Assembly: GCA_963674745.2 (NCBI GenBank)
Contig: CAXXDV010000001.1
Coordinates: forward strand, 672,001-736,000
DNA: 64,000 nt
Direction of reading: 5' to 3'
Source: Desulfosudaceae bacterium
GTDB taxonomy: Bacteria > Desulfobacterota > Desulfobacteria > Desulfobacterales > Desulfosudaceae
A program made the translations under genes and the position numbers. Numbering within the stretch: the first letter of the stretch is position 1; every line of letters begins with the position of its first letter. The notes beneath the pieces are model-generated. The model worked only from the letters and a program-made list of their open reading frames with translations. It did no database searches and had not been told where the DNA came from. Shown one piece after another: positions 61,708-64,000 of the stretch.

Positions 61708-64000
61708 TTATGCGGAAGGGGTCTCGGCCCGGGCGACAATGGCTTCGGCCACCTTTTCGGCCGAGCGGCCGAAAAGGTCTTTGATATCAACCAGCTCCAG
61801 AAACTCATCCTGCCAGACCACGTTGTTTTCCTGGACGATATTTTTGATGCGCTCGCCTTTTCCACCCAGGGCTTTTTTCTTGACCGACAGGGTCGCGTCC
61901 GGCTTGAAAGCAATGTTCAACAGCAGGATAAAGCGGATCATGCCGCCGGCAGCAGCCGATGAGGAAAGGATGGGAATCACGATAATCGAGCGGTCGTCCT
62001 TGCGGCCCTTGCCGATGTAGACATTCCCTTCCCGGACAATAATTTTCTTGCTGCCCTTGAGCCGGTTGTCGTTTTCCACCCGGGAGGGGATCGGTGCCAG
62101 CACACCGTCTTTTTTCAAAATCGTAATGGTCGTTTCTTCGGTGGGTTCTCCCAGCAGGCTCAACCGGTCCACTTCATATAAAATGGCTCCTTTGATATCG
62201 GCCACGACTCCTTGAAGATTTTTTAAAACCACGACATTAGTGTTGATCAGCTGCGACAGGCTTATCCCGTACCTGGTCAGGGCGTCGAACAGAACCCCTT
62301 CCATGGTCTGGGTAATACGGCTGGTACCGACCGTCACCGTCTTGGCCTGATGCTTGATGGCGTCAATGGGGCGGGCCATCTGGTTAATGGAATCGTTGAT
62401 AAATTCAAACAGGGTATTGAGCATATTCGGTGCCGTTCCAGTCCGGCCGAAATCCAGTTCAAAATCGGCCAGGGGCAGGCGTCCGGCCAAGTATTTTAAC
62501 AGCAGGGCGATGTCGGACGAAAACGCGATGCGCGACGGGGCTTTACGGTCTTCCCGGCAGGAACGAAATTTATGATAAAAACGGATGACCCGCTCCCGGA
62601 AACCTTTTTCCAGGACCATTTCAAAGGCATCAAGGCCCTTTTCCCGGTAAGTTTCGATGCCCTGGCGCATCTCCTCCCGAAAATCGTGAAGCATCCTGGA
62701 CCCGTCATTTATGGCCAGGGCGGCGTAATACCCCCACAAATGCCCGGCAAATGTATTGACGATGGGGCCGAAATGTTCGGCCGTCTGCGGAACGTAAATA
62801 ATCCCGGCCGCGTAAGGGGAAAAGCGGTCCTCGCCTTCGTCCGTGATAATCACGGGAACGGCTTTATGTGCCCGGAATATGGCTGTATCCTTGATAATAT
62901 CATCCAGAACCCCGGATCGGGATCCGGCCGCGCAAACGATAATAAGCGGTTCAGCGGAAAGATCAATGTGCTTCTTGTCTTCCACAAAATCCGAGGATAT
63001 GGTCTTGTAACACAGTTCGCTCAGTTTGATCCGGATTTCATCCGCCGAAGCCTTGTTGGGGCCGCTGCCCACAACCGCCCAGTAGGGCCTGGTTGCAGCC
63101 AGCCGCCTGGCAATGGCTTTAATTTCGTCCTTGCCGGCGAAAATTTTCCGCAACGTCAACGGCAGCCTGGCCAGCTGCCGGATTTCATCAGAGATAAAAT
63201 TTCTGTTCCGGACCCCCTTGAGCCCGACGATATAAAGCCCCAGCATGGCCGCGGCCACCACCTGGGAATAAAAGGCCTTGGTAGAAGCCACCGACATTTC
63301 AATATCGCGTCCGGTACTGGTATAAAAAACACCGTCAACCTTAAAGGTAATATCCGAATCCCGCCGGTTGACGATGGCCACGGTATGGGCCCCCAGTTTT
63401 CTGACCATATCCAGGGCGCGGTTGGTGTCCGTGGTCGTGCCGGACTGGCTGACGGCGATAACCAGCGTATCGCTCATTGACCGGGGCCGGTCCGCTTCGG
63501 CCAGGTTGAAACCGCTCAACTCCGATGATTTCAAGGCCCGCACGGTGATGGTCGGATCCGACAGGTAATAGTTCAATATATCGGCACCGGCAAGAGCGGC
63601 CACCCCCGCCGTTCCCTGGCCGATAAAAAAGATGCGGCGCACAGTGTCATTTTTCAATGCGGCGGCCAGGGTGTCGGGAACAACGTCGGCCGACAGCCGG
63701 ACTTCGAAACGGGCCCTGTCATCGGCCGCTACCTGCCAGCGGTTACGGAGCGTTTTTTCAATGGAAAGCGGCGCTTCTGAAATTTCTTTTAAAAAATAAT
63801 GGGTATGCCCCTGCCGATCAACATCCCTGGAAGTGATCGCTGTCTGCAGGATGTCTTTTTCGGAGAACGTCACCGGACGGCCGTCATACCGCATGACCGA
63901 TATACCATCAAGCCCCCCCGCGGCCTGATCCAGCACCACAATCTGCCCGGCCGAGTCCTCGTCTGCGGCTGCCGCGCCATCGGCATTCATTTTAATAAAC
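61708..64000 (-). CDS. Large GlmS-like SIS-domain protein (5' partial)
   Basis: HYFLKEISEAP, SQSGTTTDT, E.SVASTKAF, IKLSE, AKTVTV; frame open to the window edge. Confidence 0.8.
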   Translation of the reverse strand, partial: FIKMNADGAAAADEDSAGQIVVLDQAAGGLDGISVMRYDGRPVTFSEKDILQTAITSRDVDRQGHTHYFLKEISEAPLSIEKTLRNRWQVAADDRARFEVRLSADVVPDTLAAALKNDTVRRIFFIGQGTAGVAALAGADILNYYLSDPTITVRALKSSELSGFNLAEADRPRSMSDTLVIAVSQSGTTTDTNRALDMVRKLGAHTVAIVNRRDSDITFKVDGVFYTSTGRDIEMSVASTKAFYSQVVAAAMLGLYIVGLKGVRNRNFISDEIRQLARLPLTLRKIFAGKDEIKAIARRLAATRPYWAVVGSGPNKASADEIRIKLSELCYKTISSDFVEDKKHIDLSAEPLIIVCAAGSRSGVLDDIIKDTAIFRAHKAVPVIITDEGEDRFSPYAAGIIYVPQTAEHFGPIVNTFAGHLWGYYAALAINDGSRMLHDFREEMRQGIETYREKGLDAFEMVLEKGFRERVIRFYHKFRSCREDRKAPSRIAFSSDIALLLKYLAGRLPLADFELDFGRTGTAPNMLNTLFEFINDSINQMARPIDAIKHQAKTVTVGTSRITQTMEGVLFDALTRYGISLSQLINTNVVVLKNLQGVVADIKGAILYEVDRLSLLGEPTEETTITILKKDGVLAPIPSRVENDNRLKGSKKIIVREGNVYIGKGRKDDRSIIVIPILSSSAAAGGMIRFILLLNIAFKPDATLSVKKKALGGKGERIKNIVQENNVVWQDEFLELVDIKDLFGRSAEKVAEAIVARAETPSA

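Overview
Gene-dense bacterial window, mostly moderately GC-rich. Gene content (nifJ-type PFOR, CCG and CGGC Fe-S proteins, PilZ, choice-of-anchor U surface protein) suggests an anaerobic Desulfobacterota/Desulfobacterales-like organism; this is an inference. Housekeeping genes: PFOR, apt, mtnP, cobQ, tRNA-fMet, thrH, hom, alaC-like aminotransferase, purM, tsaD, nagZ, purF and a partial GlmS-like gene. The most interesting part is about 7.3-28.3 kb, which is enriched in genes pointing to hydrophobic substrates: a complete TPAT (TatT-DctM-DctQ-DctP) transporter, a second DctP with an extra N-terminal domain, a membrane-anchored Pro/Val/Ile-rich putative long beta-hairpin protein, and an operon of three phytoene-dehydrogenase-family (COG1233) flavoproteins plus an SCP2 protein and an unknown lead gene. 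Two large modular exported proteins (770 and 1974 aa) and a HepT-MntA toxin-antitoxin pair are also present. Intergenic DNA carries at least five small repeat families (GTAG-REPs, CGTC-REPs, octamer tandem repeats, a 143-bp hairpin MITE, a decayed IS-end element), often stacked together. Two small ORFs below the 60-aa track cutoff and one candidate structured RNA were also found. No CRISPR array, rRNA, transposase or prophage gene was seen. All product calls come from motif recognition, not database searches.
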